This document shows, piece after piece, positions 1-8,453 of a stretch of DNA of 29,256 nucleotides. Location: positions 1-29,256 of the forward strand of contig JBKPMF010000091.1 of assembly GCA_046732015.1 (NCBI GenBank), given 5' to 3'. Numbering within the stretch: the first letter of the stretch is position 1; each line of letters starts with the position of its first letter. The translations under genes and the position numbers were made by a program. The stretch is from Actinomycetota bacterium. GTDB taxonomy: Bacteria; Actinomycetota; UBA4738; HRBIN12. The notes under the pieces were generated by a model. It searched no databases. It was given only the letters and a program-made list of their open reading frames with translations, and was not told the DNA's origin.

Positions 1-1118
1 CTCACACGCTGGGAGAAGTCGGACAACAGCTCGTACGGGGTCGCGCGCGAGCCGTAGACCAACCGGTCGGCGATCCGCTGCGCGCCTCGGCGGACCGGCT
101 GGAAGGCCAGCGCCACCGCGGCGGCCGCCACCGCGGACAACACGGTGTTGCTCGCGGCGCCCGCGATCGTCCCCACGCCCACCACGATCCCCACGTACAC
201 GGCGGTGATGAAGGCGGCGAGCAACGCGAACACGACGGTCTTGCGGATCACCAGATCGAGGTCGTAGAGGCGGTACTTCAGCACCGCGATCCCGATCGCG
301 ATCGGCAGCAGGCCGAAGCTGGCCAGGCACAGGCCTTGCAGGGTCTGCACCCATCCGGGCGTCACCTGGCTGTCCCATCCCCAGGAGAACGAGACGACCA
401 ACGCCGTCGCGTACAGGACCCCGACGATCGCCGCGGCGACGGCGATCCATTTGATCTGTTGTCGGTCATCGCCGGTGGCCCGCCGGAACCGGATCACCAG
501 ACTCGCGACGGCGGCGACGACGCCGATAGGGATGACGAAGATCCCGACGGTGAGCCACTCCAGCGAGCTCACCGCGAAGGGGTTGAGCACCCCGGGGAAC
601 CCGTCGACGGCTCCGGGGGAGAACAGGATCCCGATCGATCCGGCGATCATGCCGGCGGCAAGGACGCGCGCGAACCACCGCCAGCGTGGCGACGGCAGGT
701 GACCATCGGGGAAGATCAGCAACAGGAACGTGGCCGGGAGGGCGACGGCGGGGATCCAGAGCCACGACGTCATGCCGGCGACCTCGGCGCCGAACGGTGC
801 ACTGGGGTGGACGTAGAGCGCCCATGCCGGATAGGCGCTCGAGAGGAGCCCGACACCGTTCGCCACCCCGATCCCGAGCAAGAGCCACCCCACCGCGTTC
901 TCGGGCCTGCGTGATGCGATCAGGACCCCGACGATCGAGAACATCTGGAACGACACCAGGAACAGGACGTCACCGACGCCGATCGAGGTCACCGACGGTT
1001 CCGACGATCCACCCGACATCAAGCTGAAGACGACCGCGACCAACGCGGTGCCGATGGCCACGGAGAACAGGAGCCAGGCCAGTCCCGCGCGGGAACGGTC
1101 AGGAGCCGTGGACGACAC
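1..1118 (-). CDS. Multi-TM sensor histidine kinase, N-terminal part (runs off the window edge); paralog of 3669..5942 and 5939..8002
   Basis: Not in the ORF track; translated by hand. GTG at 1118 follows GGAGGT and gives MSSTAPDRSRAGLAWLLFS...IASRRPENAVGWLLL...LLLIFPDGHLPSPRWRW...RFRRATGDDRQQIKW...KYRLYDLDLVIRKTVV...ADRLVYGSRATPYELLSDFSQRV. These motifs match the two complete kinases. The kinase domain lies outside the window, so it is inferred. Confidence 0.85.
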   Translation of the reverse strand, partial: MSSTAPDRSRAGLAWLLFSVAIGTALVAVVFSLMSGGSSEPSVTSIGVGDVLFLVSFQMFSIVGVLIASRRPENAVGWLLLGIGVANGVGLLSSAYPAWALYVHPSAPFGAEVAGMTSWLWIPAVALPATFLLLIFPDGHLPSPRWRWFARVLAAGMIAGSIGILFSPGAVDGFPGVLNPFAVSSLEWLTVGIFVIPIGVVAAVASLVIRFRRATGDDRQQIKWIAVAAAIVGVLYATALVVSFSWGWDSQVTPGWVQTLQGLCLASFGLLPIAIGIAVLKYRLYDLDLVIRKTVVFALLAAFITAVYVGIVVGVGTIAGAASNTVLSAVAAAAVALAFQPVRRGAQRIADRLVYGSRATPYELLSDFSQRV

Positions 1119-2382
1119 GGAACACCTCCACCGGTTCCTCGCGGCCCTTCACGTGCTTCGTGCCGATCGACTCACAGATGACGCCCGGCGCGGCGGCGAC
1201 GGTGCTGTCCGTCGCCACGATCTCGCCGCCGGCCGCTTCGTTCTGGAGCCGCGAGGCGATGTTGACCGCGTCTCCCACCACCGTGTACTCGAGCCGGCCG
1301 CCACCGCCCACAGTGCCGGCGATCACCTTGCCGGTGTTCACCCCGATCCCCACACCCATCTCTGGCAGATCGACGACCTCCCACCCGGCAGCATTGAGCT
1401 CCGCCTGTCGTTCCTGCATCGCGATGGCGCAGCGCAGCGCTCGTTCCGCGTGGTCGGGCAGGGGCTCGGGGGCGCCGAAGACCGCCATCACGGCATCGCC
1501 TTGGAACTTGTCGATCGTGCCGCCGTGTGCGGCGACCACCTCGGCCATCGCCTCGAGGTGTTTGCCGACGACCGAGGCGACCTCGCGAGCTTGCAGTCGT
1601 TCGGCGATCGTCGAGAACCCACGGATGTCGCTGAACAGGACCGTGACCACAACCTCTTGGGGCTCGATCGCCGTCTTCGGGTGTGAGGCCAGCTGCTCCG
1701 CGAGCTGCCGCGGGACGAACGACGCCAGCATGCGACGTGACTCGGTTTGCTCCACGACCGCCTCGTGCAAGCGCTTGAGCTCGTCGACCAGGCTGGTGCC
1801 GCCGCCGTCGCCCGCCATGGACCGGAACAGGTCGGTGACTTGGCGGTCGACCGCCTCCTGGGTCGTGCCGAGCGCCTCGGCGATCTCCGCGTAGCCGAAC
1901 CCCTTCGCCATCATGTCCAAGAGCTCGCGATCACGCTCCGCGGTCTCGCCCCGGCCGGACAACCGCTCGGCGATCGTGGGGTCGACGACGCTGCCTCCGG
2001 CGTGCACCTCGCGGATCGCACGCACGAGTTCATCGCCCTGTGCGATCCGGTCCTTCAGCAGGTAGGCGAGGCCGCTCTGCCCCTTGCCGAGCAGCGCGAT
2101 GGCGTACTCCTCGTCGTCGTGGGCGCTGAGGACGACCACCCCGGTGTCGGGGTGGCTGTCGCGGATCGAGTGCGCGCAGTCGATCCCTTCGAGCTGGAAG
2201 CTGGGTGGCATCTTGATGTCGGTGACCACGACATCGGGTTCGTGCTCGGCAGCCGTGGCGAGCAACGACGGGGCATCCTCGGCCACCCCCACGACCTCGA
2301 TGTCGTCGTAGGAGTCCAGCAGGGCTCGCACGCCCTCGCGCACCAACACGTTGTCCTCGCCGAGCACGACCTTGATGTTCAC
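1099..2382 (-). CDS. Receiver (NarL-type) + LuxR-like HTH + class III adenylate/guanylate cyclase fusion protein
   Basis: REC motifs: GEDN, VTDIKMPP (phospho-Asp), LSAH, LLKD. HTH: RDRELLDMMAKGFGYAEIAEALG. Cyclase: LFSDIRGFS, IDKFQGDAVMAVFGAP, GIGVNTG, EYTVVGDAVNIASRLQ. GTG start preceded by GGAAGG. Confidence 0.9.
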   Translation of the reverse strand: MNIKVVLGEDNVLVREGVRALLDSYDDIEVVGVAEDAPSLLATAAEHEPDVVVTDIKMPPSFQLEGIDCAHSIRDSHPDTGVVVLSAHDDEEYAIALLGKGQSGLAYLLKDRIAQGDELVRAIREVHAGGSVVDPTIAERLSGRGETAERDRELLDMMAKGFGYAEIAEALGTTQEAVDRQVTDLFRSMAGDGGGTSLVDELKRLHEAVVEQTESRRMLASFVPRQLAEQLASHPKTAIEPQEVVVTVLFSDIRGFSTIAERLQAREVASVVGKHLEAMAEVVAAHGGTIDKFQGDAVMAVFGAPEPLPDHAERALRCAIAMQERQAELNAAGWEVVDLPEMGVGIGVNTGKVIAGTVGGGGRLEYTVVGDAVNIASRLQNEAAGGEIVATDSTVAAAPGVICESIGTKHVKGREEPVEVFRVVHGS

Positions 2383-2414
2383 GCCGCTCGCCTTCCTGGC
2401 CGGGGGTGCACGTG

Positions 2415-2420
2415 TACCAT
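2415..2420 (+). promoter_or_regulatory. -10 element TACCAT, 6 nt before ATG 2427 (leaderless transcript)
   Basis: TACCAT-ccgcgc-ATG with no Shine-Dalgarno; matches the actinobacterial TANNNT consensus. Confidence 0.6.
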
Positions 2421-2426
2421 CCGCGC

Positions 2427-3095
2427 ATGATCAGAGTGGTGTTCGCGGAGGATAACTACCTCGTGCGCGAAGGAACAGCCGCGCTGCTGGCATCGGTCGA
2501 CACCGTGGAACTCGTGGGGACGGCCGAAACGCGCGACGAACTGCTCACCGCCGTCACCGAACTGGCTCCCGACGCGGTGCTGACCGACATCCGGATGCCG
2601 CCGACGAACAGCAACGAAGGCATCGAGGCGGCCAAGCTGATCCGCGAGACCCACCCGCAGATCGGCGTGGTCGTGCTCTCGCAGTTCGCGGACGAGGAGT
2701 ATGCCTACGAGCTGCTGAAGGACGGCGCCGCCGGGCTCGGCTACCTGCTGAAGGAACGCGTCGCCGATGTGGACGAACTCGTCCGCGCCCTCGAAGAGGT
2801 GGCTCGCGGGGGCAGCGTGCTCGACCCCAAGGTGGTCGAAGCGCTCGTCGCCGCCAAGGACCGGATGGCGCACTCCCCGCTGGCCTCCCTCACCGACCGC
2901 GAGCGCGAGGTCCTCTCGCACATGGCGCAGGGCCAGAACAACGCCGCGATCGCGAAGTCGCTCTTCCTCACCGAACGCGCCGTCGAGAAGCACATCAACT
3001 CCCTGTTCCACAAGCTGGACCTCACGGAGGAACCCGATGTGCACCGCCGCGTGATGGCCGTGCTCGCGTTCCTCCGTGAGACCGATCAGCCCTAG
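2427..3095 (+). CDS. NarL/LuxR-family DNA-binding response regulator
   Basis: MIRVVFAEDN, LTDIRMPP, YLLKERV, LTDREREVLSHMAQGQNNAAIAKSLFLTERAVEKHINSLFHKL. Start moved from the ORF-track 2406 to ATG 2427. Confidence 0.93.
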   Translation: MIRVVFAEDNYLVREGTAALLASVDTVELVGTAETRDELLTAVTELAPDAVLTDIRMPPTNSNEGIEAAKLIRETHPQIGVVVLSQFADEEYAYELLKDGAAGLGYLLKERVADVDELVRALEEVARGGSVLDPKVVEALVAAKDRMAHSPLASLTDREREVLSHMAQGQNNAAIAKSLFLTERAVEKHINSLFHKLDLTEEPDVHRRVMAVLAFLRETDQP

Positions 3096-3097
3096 CG

Positions 3098-3505
3098 TCA
3101 CTGAGCTCTCCGCGTGTCCACGATGAACACGCTGCACGGGGCGTGGCGCAGGACGAGGTTCGGGACGCTGTCCTTGACGCGCCACCAGCTCCCGTGGACG
3201 CCTCGGTTGCCCACCACGATCGTGTCGGCGTGCTCCTCGGCCGCGACCTCGACGATGCGCTCGGCGGCGTCGCCCGTCTCGGTCCGTGTCCGGGTCGCCA
3301 GGCCGGGGAAGCGCTCCCCCATCCTGGCGAGGTAGCCGGAAGGGTCCGCGGACTTCGCTGGATCCACCACCGTGCGGAGGTCGCCGTCCTTGCGGACGTA
3401 GAGCACGAGGAGCTCGGCTCCCCTCGCATGGGCCAGGGCGGCGGCGTCTTCCACCGCGAGATCGGCCGAGGCCGTGGTGTCGGTGCCTACCAGGATGGTC
3501 GTCAT
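3098..3505 (-). CDS. Universal stress protein (single USP domain)
   Basis: TILVGTD...ADTIVVGNRG...SVPNLVLRHAPCSVFIV; AAGGAG upstream. Confidence 0.9.
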   Translation of the reverse strand: MTTILVGTDTTASADLAVEDAAALAHARGAELLVLYVRKDGDLRTVVDPAKSADPSGYLARMGERFPGLATRTRTETGDAAERIVEVAAEEHADTIVVGNRGVHGSWWRVKDSVPNLVLRHAPCSVFIVDTRRAQ

Positions 3506-3542
3506 CGTGGGTCATCTCCTTCGGGCGGTTGTCTGCGATCTC

Positions 3543-3548
3543 ACCGTA
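3543..3548 (-). promoter_or_regulatory. Putative -10 element TACGGT for the USP gene
   Basis: TANNNT match about 38 nt upstream of the start. The same ccTACGGTg context occurs upstream of the receiver gene at 8454..8459. Confidence 0.4.
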
Positions 3549-3653
3549 GGCCCCCTGACCTGCGACGACGACCCGGCCGCCACCACGGTTGGCGGGGGTG
3601 GAGGCACCTGGCGAAGTGGTGGCGTTCTCCCCCTGGCCCTGGGTGGACGCGGA

Positions 3654-3662
3654 TGCGACCAT
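3654..3662 (+). promoter_or_regulatory. Extended -10 TGc-GACCAT, 6 nt before ATG 3669 (leaderless)
   Basis: TGCGACCATCCGGGCATG, nearly identical to TACCATCCGCGCATG at 2415. Confidence 0.45.
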
Positions 3663-3668
3663 CCGGGC

Positions 3669-5942
3669 ATGGAGGGAACCGCCAGACCTGAGGTGTCCCG
3701 AAGTGATCGTCCGCCCACGGGCTCACGCACGGCGCGAACGATCGCCATCGTCGCGATCGTGCTGTGCGCCGGCGCCTCGATAGCGGCATTCGCGCTCAGA
3801 GCGATCGCTCCGCCCGACCCGTCGCCAGCGACGATCGTCGTGATCGGCGACCCCACGGCGGATCGTGTCCAAGAGGTCAGGAAAGCCTCTGAGGCCTTGA
3901 TCGCCGACGGAGCGCGATTCGGCCAGACCCAGACGAGCACGGTGATCGGTCTTGTCGCGGTACTCCTCGCCTGCTTGGGCTGGATGGCGGTCGGCGCCCT
4001 GATCGTCTCGAAACAGCCCCGGAACTGGGCGGGATGGATCTTCTTGGCGATCGGTGCGACCCTTCCCTTGGCGAACCTGTTCCAGGTGTTGGTCTTCGTC
4101 GGCGCGCGTCGAGATCCCGGCTCGATCCCCTTCCTTGGCTTGATCGCCTTCGTCGGCTTCTACCTGATCTTCCCCATCGCTCTGCTCCCGCTGCTGTTCC
4201 TCCTCTACCCGGACGGTCATGTGCCGAGTCCGGGATGGCGATGGGCCGTCCGTGGCCTGCTCGGTGGCACCGGTCTGGCGATCCTCGGCTACGTCGTCTC
4301 CCCCGGCCCGCTCAACTCCTACATCTCGGACGGGGTTCTCTACGTCAACCCCATTGGGATCGACGGCGCCGCCCCCGTGGCCAACGCGTTGATCACCGCC
4401 GGCACGATCGTCGCCCAGATCTCCGCCTTCGCCCCGGCGATCGCGATCCGCCAGCGCTACCGCCGATCCACCGGAACCCTGCGGGAGCAGATGCGGCTGT
4501 TGGTGCTCGTTGCGGCGACCGCCGGGACGATGCTGCTCCTTGGGTTCATCGGCACCTTCGTCGGAGCACTCCTCGGCAACGACCAGGAGACGCCGCCGTT
4601 CTTCTTGGTGCTCTTCGCGTTCCTGGTCCTGACGTTGTTGGTCGGGGTGCCGGGCGCCTACCTCGTCGCGATCTTCCGTCACGGCCTGTGGGACATGGGC
4701 CTGGTGATCCGCAAGACGGTCCAGTACGGCGTGCTGGTGGTCGCCTTCATGGTGCTTGGATTCGTCATCGTGGCCGTCGTGCCGACCTTGCTGATCGGCG
4801 TCGGCGGCACGGACTACGTGGCGACGGTCATCATCGCGGCGTTCCTCGCCGGGTCCTTCCTCTGGCTGCGACCCCGCGCGACCCGCTTCGCCAACCGGCT
4901 GGTCTACGGACGGCGCGCCACCCCGTACGAGGTGCTCTCGGAGTTCAGCGAACGCGTCGGGGAGACCTACTCCACCGACGACGTCCTGCCACGGATGGCG
5001 CATCTACTCGTGCAGGCCACAGGAGCACGTCGTGCCGACGTGTGGTTGCGCGTCGGTTCCGAGCTGCGCTGTGAGGCGAGGTGGCCCACCGACGTCGAGC
5101 CACCGGCGAGCCGACTCATCCGCGGGGACGAGATCACGGGACCGCACGATGACTACCTCGCCGAGGTCCGCCACCAGGACGAACTCCTGGGTGCGATCAC
5201 CCTCGACCTCCCGGCGGATGATCCGATGAACACGTCCAAGGAGGCGCTGGTTCGCGACCTCGCCGCCCAGGCGGGGCTCGTCCTTCGCAACGTTCGATTG
5301 ATCGAGGAGTTGCGCGCGTCACGTCAGCGGTTGGTGGCGGCCCAGGACGAGGAACGCCGCAAGCTCGAACGGAACATCCACGACGGTGTGCAGCAGCAGC
5401 TCGTGGCGCTCACGGTGCAGCTTCGGCTCGCCGAGCAGCTCACGGATCGCGATCCGGCCAAGGCGCGCGAGCTCATGGCGACGCTCCAAGGTCGGACGAA
5501 CGAAGCGCTGGAGGATCTGCGAGACCTGGCCCGCGGGATCTATCCACCGCTGCTGGCGGACAAAGGCCTCACCACAGCGCTCGAGGCGCAGGGCCGGAAG
5601 TCGCCGGTGCCGGTCACGGTCCAGGCGGACGGGATCACGCGCTACCCGCAGGCGGTCGAGTCCGCGGTCTACTTCTCGTGCTTGGAGGCGCTCAATAACG
5701 TGGCGAAGTACGCGGAGGCCGAACACGTGACGATCACCCTGGCGCGCATGGACGGTTCGCTCGCCTTCGACATCACCGACGACGGTCGCGGCTTCGACAC
5801 GGAGGTGACCACGCACGGCACCGGCCTGCAGGGCATCGCCGACCGGCTCGACGCGCTCGGAGGCACGATGCGGATCGAGAGCGCGGCCGGCGAGGGCACG
5901 TCTCTGCACGGGACCGTGCCCGCCGCCGAAGGGCAGCGATGA
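3669..5942 (+). CDS. Multi-TM sensor histidine kinase (TM region - GAF-like - HisKA_3 - HATPase)
   Basis: Many hydrophobic segments; H-box ERRKLERNIHDGVQQQL; EALNNVAKYA, DDGRGFD, GTGLQGIADRL. Start moved from 3474 to ATG 3669. Confidence 0.92.
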   Translation: MEGTARPEVSRSDRPPTGSRTARTIAIVAIVLCAGASIAAFALRAIAPPDPSPATIVVIGDPTADRVQEVRKASEALIADGARFGQTQTSTVIGLVAVLLACLGWMAVGALIVSKQPRNWAGWIFLAIGATLPLANLFQVLVFVGARRDPGSIPFLGLIAFVGFYLIFPIALLPLLFLLYPDGHVPSPGWRWAVRGLLGGTGLAILGYVVSPGPLNSYISDGVLYVNPIGIDGAAPVANALITAGTIVAQISAFAPAIAIRQRYRRSTGTLREQMRLLVLVAATAGTMLLLGFIGTFVGALLGNDQETPPFFLVLFAFLVLTLLVGVPGAYLVAIFRHGLWDMGLVIRKTVQYGVLVVAFMVLGFVIVAVVPTLLIGVGGTDYVATVIIAAFLAGSFLWLRPRATRFANRLVYGRRATPYEVLSEFSERVGETYSTDDVLPRMAHLLVQATGARRADVWLRVGSELRCEARWPTDVEPPASRLIRGDEITGPHDDYLAEVRHQDELLGAITLDLPADDPMNTSKEALVRDLAAQAGLVLRNVRLIEELRASRQRLVAAQDEERRKLERNIHDGVQQQLVALTVQLRLAEQLTDRDPAKARELMATLQGRTNEALEDLRDLARGIYPPLLADKGLTTALEAQGRKSPVPVTVQADGITRYPQAVESAVYFSCLEALNNVAKYAEAEHVTITLARMDGSLAFDITDDGRGFDTEVTTHGTGLQGIADRLDALGGTMRIESAAGEGTSLHGTVPAAEGQR

Positions 5943-8002
5943 ACGAGGCCCGACCGCTGCGATGGCCCTGGGCGATCTCGGTCGCCGCGATCCTCGTGCT
6001 CACCGCGGCGATCGTGCTGACGATCGTCAACGACACGTTCGGCCTGTTCGTGGTGGTCGCCGCGATGATGGTGACGGGGTACGGCATCGTCGGCGCCTTC
6101 CTGGCCACGCGCGTACCGCGCAACCCCATCGGCTGGCTGATGCTCGTCATGGCTGCCTCGTTCGCGGTCGTCGGGGTGGCGGACGAGTACCTCACGTACA
6201 CGCTCAAGACCAACCCCGGAGCCCTGCCGTTGCCAGAGGTGGCCGCATGGCTCAACGGCTTCGTCTTCTACGGGGTCTTCATCCCGCTGCTGGTGATCCT
6301 GCTCCTGTTCCCCACCGGGACCCTGTTGTCGTCCCGATGGCGCATCGTGCTCATCGCGGTCCTGACGAGCGGCGGCCTCCTGATCGCGTCGGCGATCCTG
6401 AAGCCGGGTCTCTACACCGACTTCCCCACGATCACCAACCCCACCGGGATCGAGGGCCTCCGGTCGATCACCGTGGTGTTCGACTGGGTCGGGGGGCCGT
6501 TGCTCATCCTCGGGGCCATCGGCTCCGTGGCTGCCGTGGTGGTCCGCTACCGCCGTGCCGCCGGCGACGAACGACAGCAGATCGCGCTGCTGGCATGGGT
6601 GGCTGCGACCGCGATCGTGATCCTGACCCTGGGGCTGACGCTGCAGTCCGTCTTCCCCGTCGTGGGCTCGATCGGGTTCACGGCACTGTTCGCGGTGATC
6701 GGCATCGGAGTCCCGCTGGCGATCCAGAACGCGGTGATGCGTCATCGTCTCTACGACCTCGACGTCGTGATCAAGAAGACGGTGGTATTCGCGATCGTCG
6801 TCGTGCTGCTGGTGGGGGTGGGTGGGGTCATCGCCGTGCTCGTCGGCGTCGGTATCGTCCCCTCGTTGTCCGACTCGCCGGCGCTCATGCTCTTCCTCGG
6901 CCTGGCGTACGGGTTGATGGTCGCTCCGGCATACCGGCTCGCGTCTCGTATCGCCGACCGGGTCGTGTACGGCGGCCGGGCCAGCCCGTCCGAGGTGCTC
7001 AGCGAGTTCTCCGAACGGCTTTCGGAGACCTACGCCACCGACGACGTGCTGCCCCGGATGGCCGCGATCGTGGGTGGAGCCACCCGGGCGAAGGACGTCC
7101 GCGTCTGGCTGCGTGTGAGCGGGGTGTACCGGGTGGCGGCGACCTGGCCCTCCGACCTGCCGCCCGAGGATCCCGTCGCCGACCCCGGGAAGACGTTGCC
7201 GCGATTCCCGGACGACGGCCATCGCACGGAGGTGCGAGACCGCGGCGAGCTGCTGGGGGCGATCACAGCGTCGTTCCACGCCAACGATCCGATCGACCCC
7301 GCGCGGGAACGGCTGATCCGCGACATGGCCGCCCAAGCCGGCTTGGTTTTGCGCAACGTGGGATTGATCGAGAACCTCCGTGCGTCCCGCCAGCGGATGG
7401 TCGCCGCCCAGGACGAGGGTCGGCGCCGCCTCGAACGCAACATCCACGACGGCGCGCAACAACAGCTGGTCGCACTGTCGGTCAAGACCAGGCTGGCCGA
7501 CACGTTGATCGACCGCGACACCACGAAGGCGCACGAGATGCTGGCCCAGATCCAAGCGGACACGAACGACGCGCTGGAGACCCTGCGCGACCTGGCACGC
7601 GGGATCTACCCGCCGCTGCTCGCTGACAAGGGCCTGGCGACGGCACTTGCCGCGCAGGGACGCAAGGTCGCCGTGCCGGTGCGCCTGGACGCCGACGGCA
7701 TCGGGCGCTATCCGGCTGAGGCGGAGGCGACCGTGTATTTCTGCGTGCTCGAAGCCATGCAGAACGTGTCGAAGTACGCGCAGGCATCGGGGATCGAGCT
7801 TCAGCTGCGGACGTCAAACGGCTCGCTGACCTTCGAGGTTCGCGACGACGGGGTGGGCTTCGATCCAGAGACGTACACGCCGGGCACGGGGATCCAGGGG
7901 ATGCAGGACCGGCTGGATGCGGTCGGCGGCTCGCTGCAGGTGACCTCCGCCCCCGGGATCGGCACCGTCGTGTTCGGGATCGTGCCGATCTCACCGACAT
8001 GA
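5939..8002 (+). CDS. Multi-TM sensor histidine kinase (TM region - GAF-like - HisKA_3 - HATPase)
   Basis: H-box RRRLERNIHDGAQQQL; EAMQNVSKYA, DDGVGFD, GTGIQGMQDRL; ATGA overlap with the upstream kinase. Confidence 0.92.
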   Translation: MNEARPLRWPWAISVAAILVLTAAIVLTIVNDTFGLFVVVAAMMVTGYGIVGAFLATRVPRNPIGWLMLVMAASFAVVGVADEYLTYTLKTNPGALPLPEVAAWLNGFVFYGVFIPLLVILLLFPTGTLLSSRWRIVLIAVLTSGGLLIASAILKPGLYTDFPTITNPTGIEGLRSITVVFDWVGGPLLILGAIGSVAAVVVRYRRAAGDERQQIALLAWVAATAIVILTLGLTLQSVFPVVGSIGFTALFAVIGIGVPLAIQNAVMRHRLYDLDVVIKKTVVFAIVVVLLVGVGGVIAVLVGVGIVPSLSDSPALMLFLGLAYGLMVAPAYRLASRIADRVVYGGRASPSEVLSEFSERLSETYATDDVLPRMAAIVGGATRAKDVRVWLRVSGVYRVAATWPSDLPPEDPVADPGKTLPRFPDDGHRTEVRDRGELLGAITASFHANDPIDPARERLIRDMAAQAGLVLRNVGLIENLRASRQRMVAAQDEGRRRLERNIHDGAQQQLVALSVKTRLADTLIDRDTTKAHEMLAQIQADTNDALETLRDLARGIYPPLLADKGLATALAAQGRKVAVPVRLDADGIGRYPAEAEATVYFCVLEAMQNVSKYAQASGIELQLRTSNGSLTFEVRDDGVGFDPETYTPGTGIQGMQDRLDAVGGSLQVTSAPGIGTVVFGIVPISPT

Positions 8003-8019
8003 CCCGACATAGGGGGGCC

Positions 8020-8042
8020 CGGTAGTCTGAGCGAGACTACTG
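8020..8042. terminator. Hairpin between convergent genes (possible bidirectional terminator)
   Basis: GTAGTCT-gagcg-AGACTAC perfect 7-bp stem, extendable by G-U and C-G. The right arm includes the stop codon of 8037..8411. No U-tract. Confidence 0.5.
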
Positions 8043-8411
8043 TGAAGCGCTCGCGGCCGACCAGGCGTCTTCGAGCCGGTCCGGTCCGAACACGGCCTTG
8101 GGGATGTAGGACGCCGCCCCGCATTCGGCCGCCTTGGGCGCGTATTCGTCCTCTTCGTAGGTGGAGAGCAGGAGCACCACGACCGTGTCCGAACCGCTCA
8201 GGATCTGTCGCGTGGCGTCCAGGCCGTTGATCCCGGGAAGGTTCACGTCCATCAGCACGAGGTCGGGCTGCAGGTCGGCCGCCATCGTCACCGAGTCTTC
8301 ACCGGTTTCGGCCTCGCCCACGACGTCGAAGCCGTCCGTGGCGTCGACGACCATGCGGGCCGCCATGCGGAACGGCTCCTGGTCATCGACGATGAGCACT
8401 CGGACGGACAT
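8037..8411 (-). CDS. Stand-alone (single-domain) response regulator receiver
   Basis: MSVRVLIVDDQEP...LVLMDVNLPGING...LLSTY...YIPKA, then stop after 124 aa with no output domain. AGGAG upstream. Start moved from 8783 to 8411. Confidence 0.9.
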   Translation of the reverse strand: MSVRVLIVDDQEPFRMAARMVVDATDGFDVVGEAETGEDSVTMAADLQPDLVLMDVNLPGINGLDATRQILSGSDTVVVLLLSTYEEDEYAPKAAECGAASYIPKAVFGPDRLEDAWSAASASQ

Positions 8412-8453
8412 GGCTGATGCTCCTGTGGGTTCGGGCGATACGACCAGCGTCCC

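Noticed and set aside
336-914. ORF-track entries in the first 1 kb (336..914, 451..702, 466..888, 686..1027)
   Set aside because: The real gene is the open-ended minus-strand kinase at <1..1118, which the track omits.
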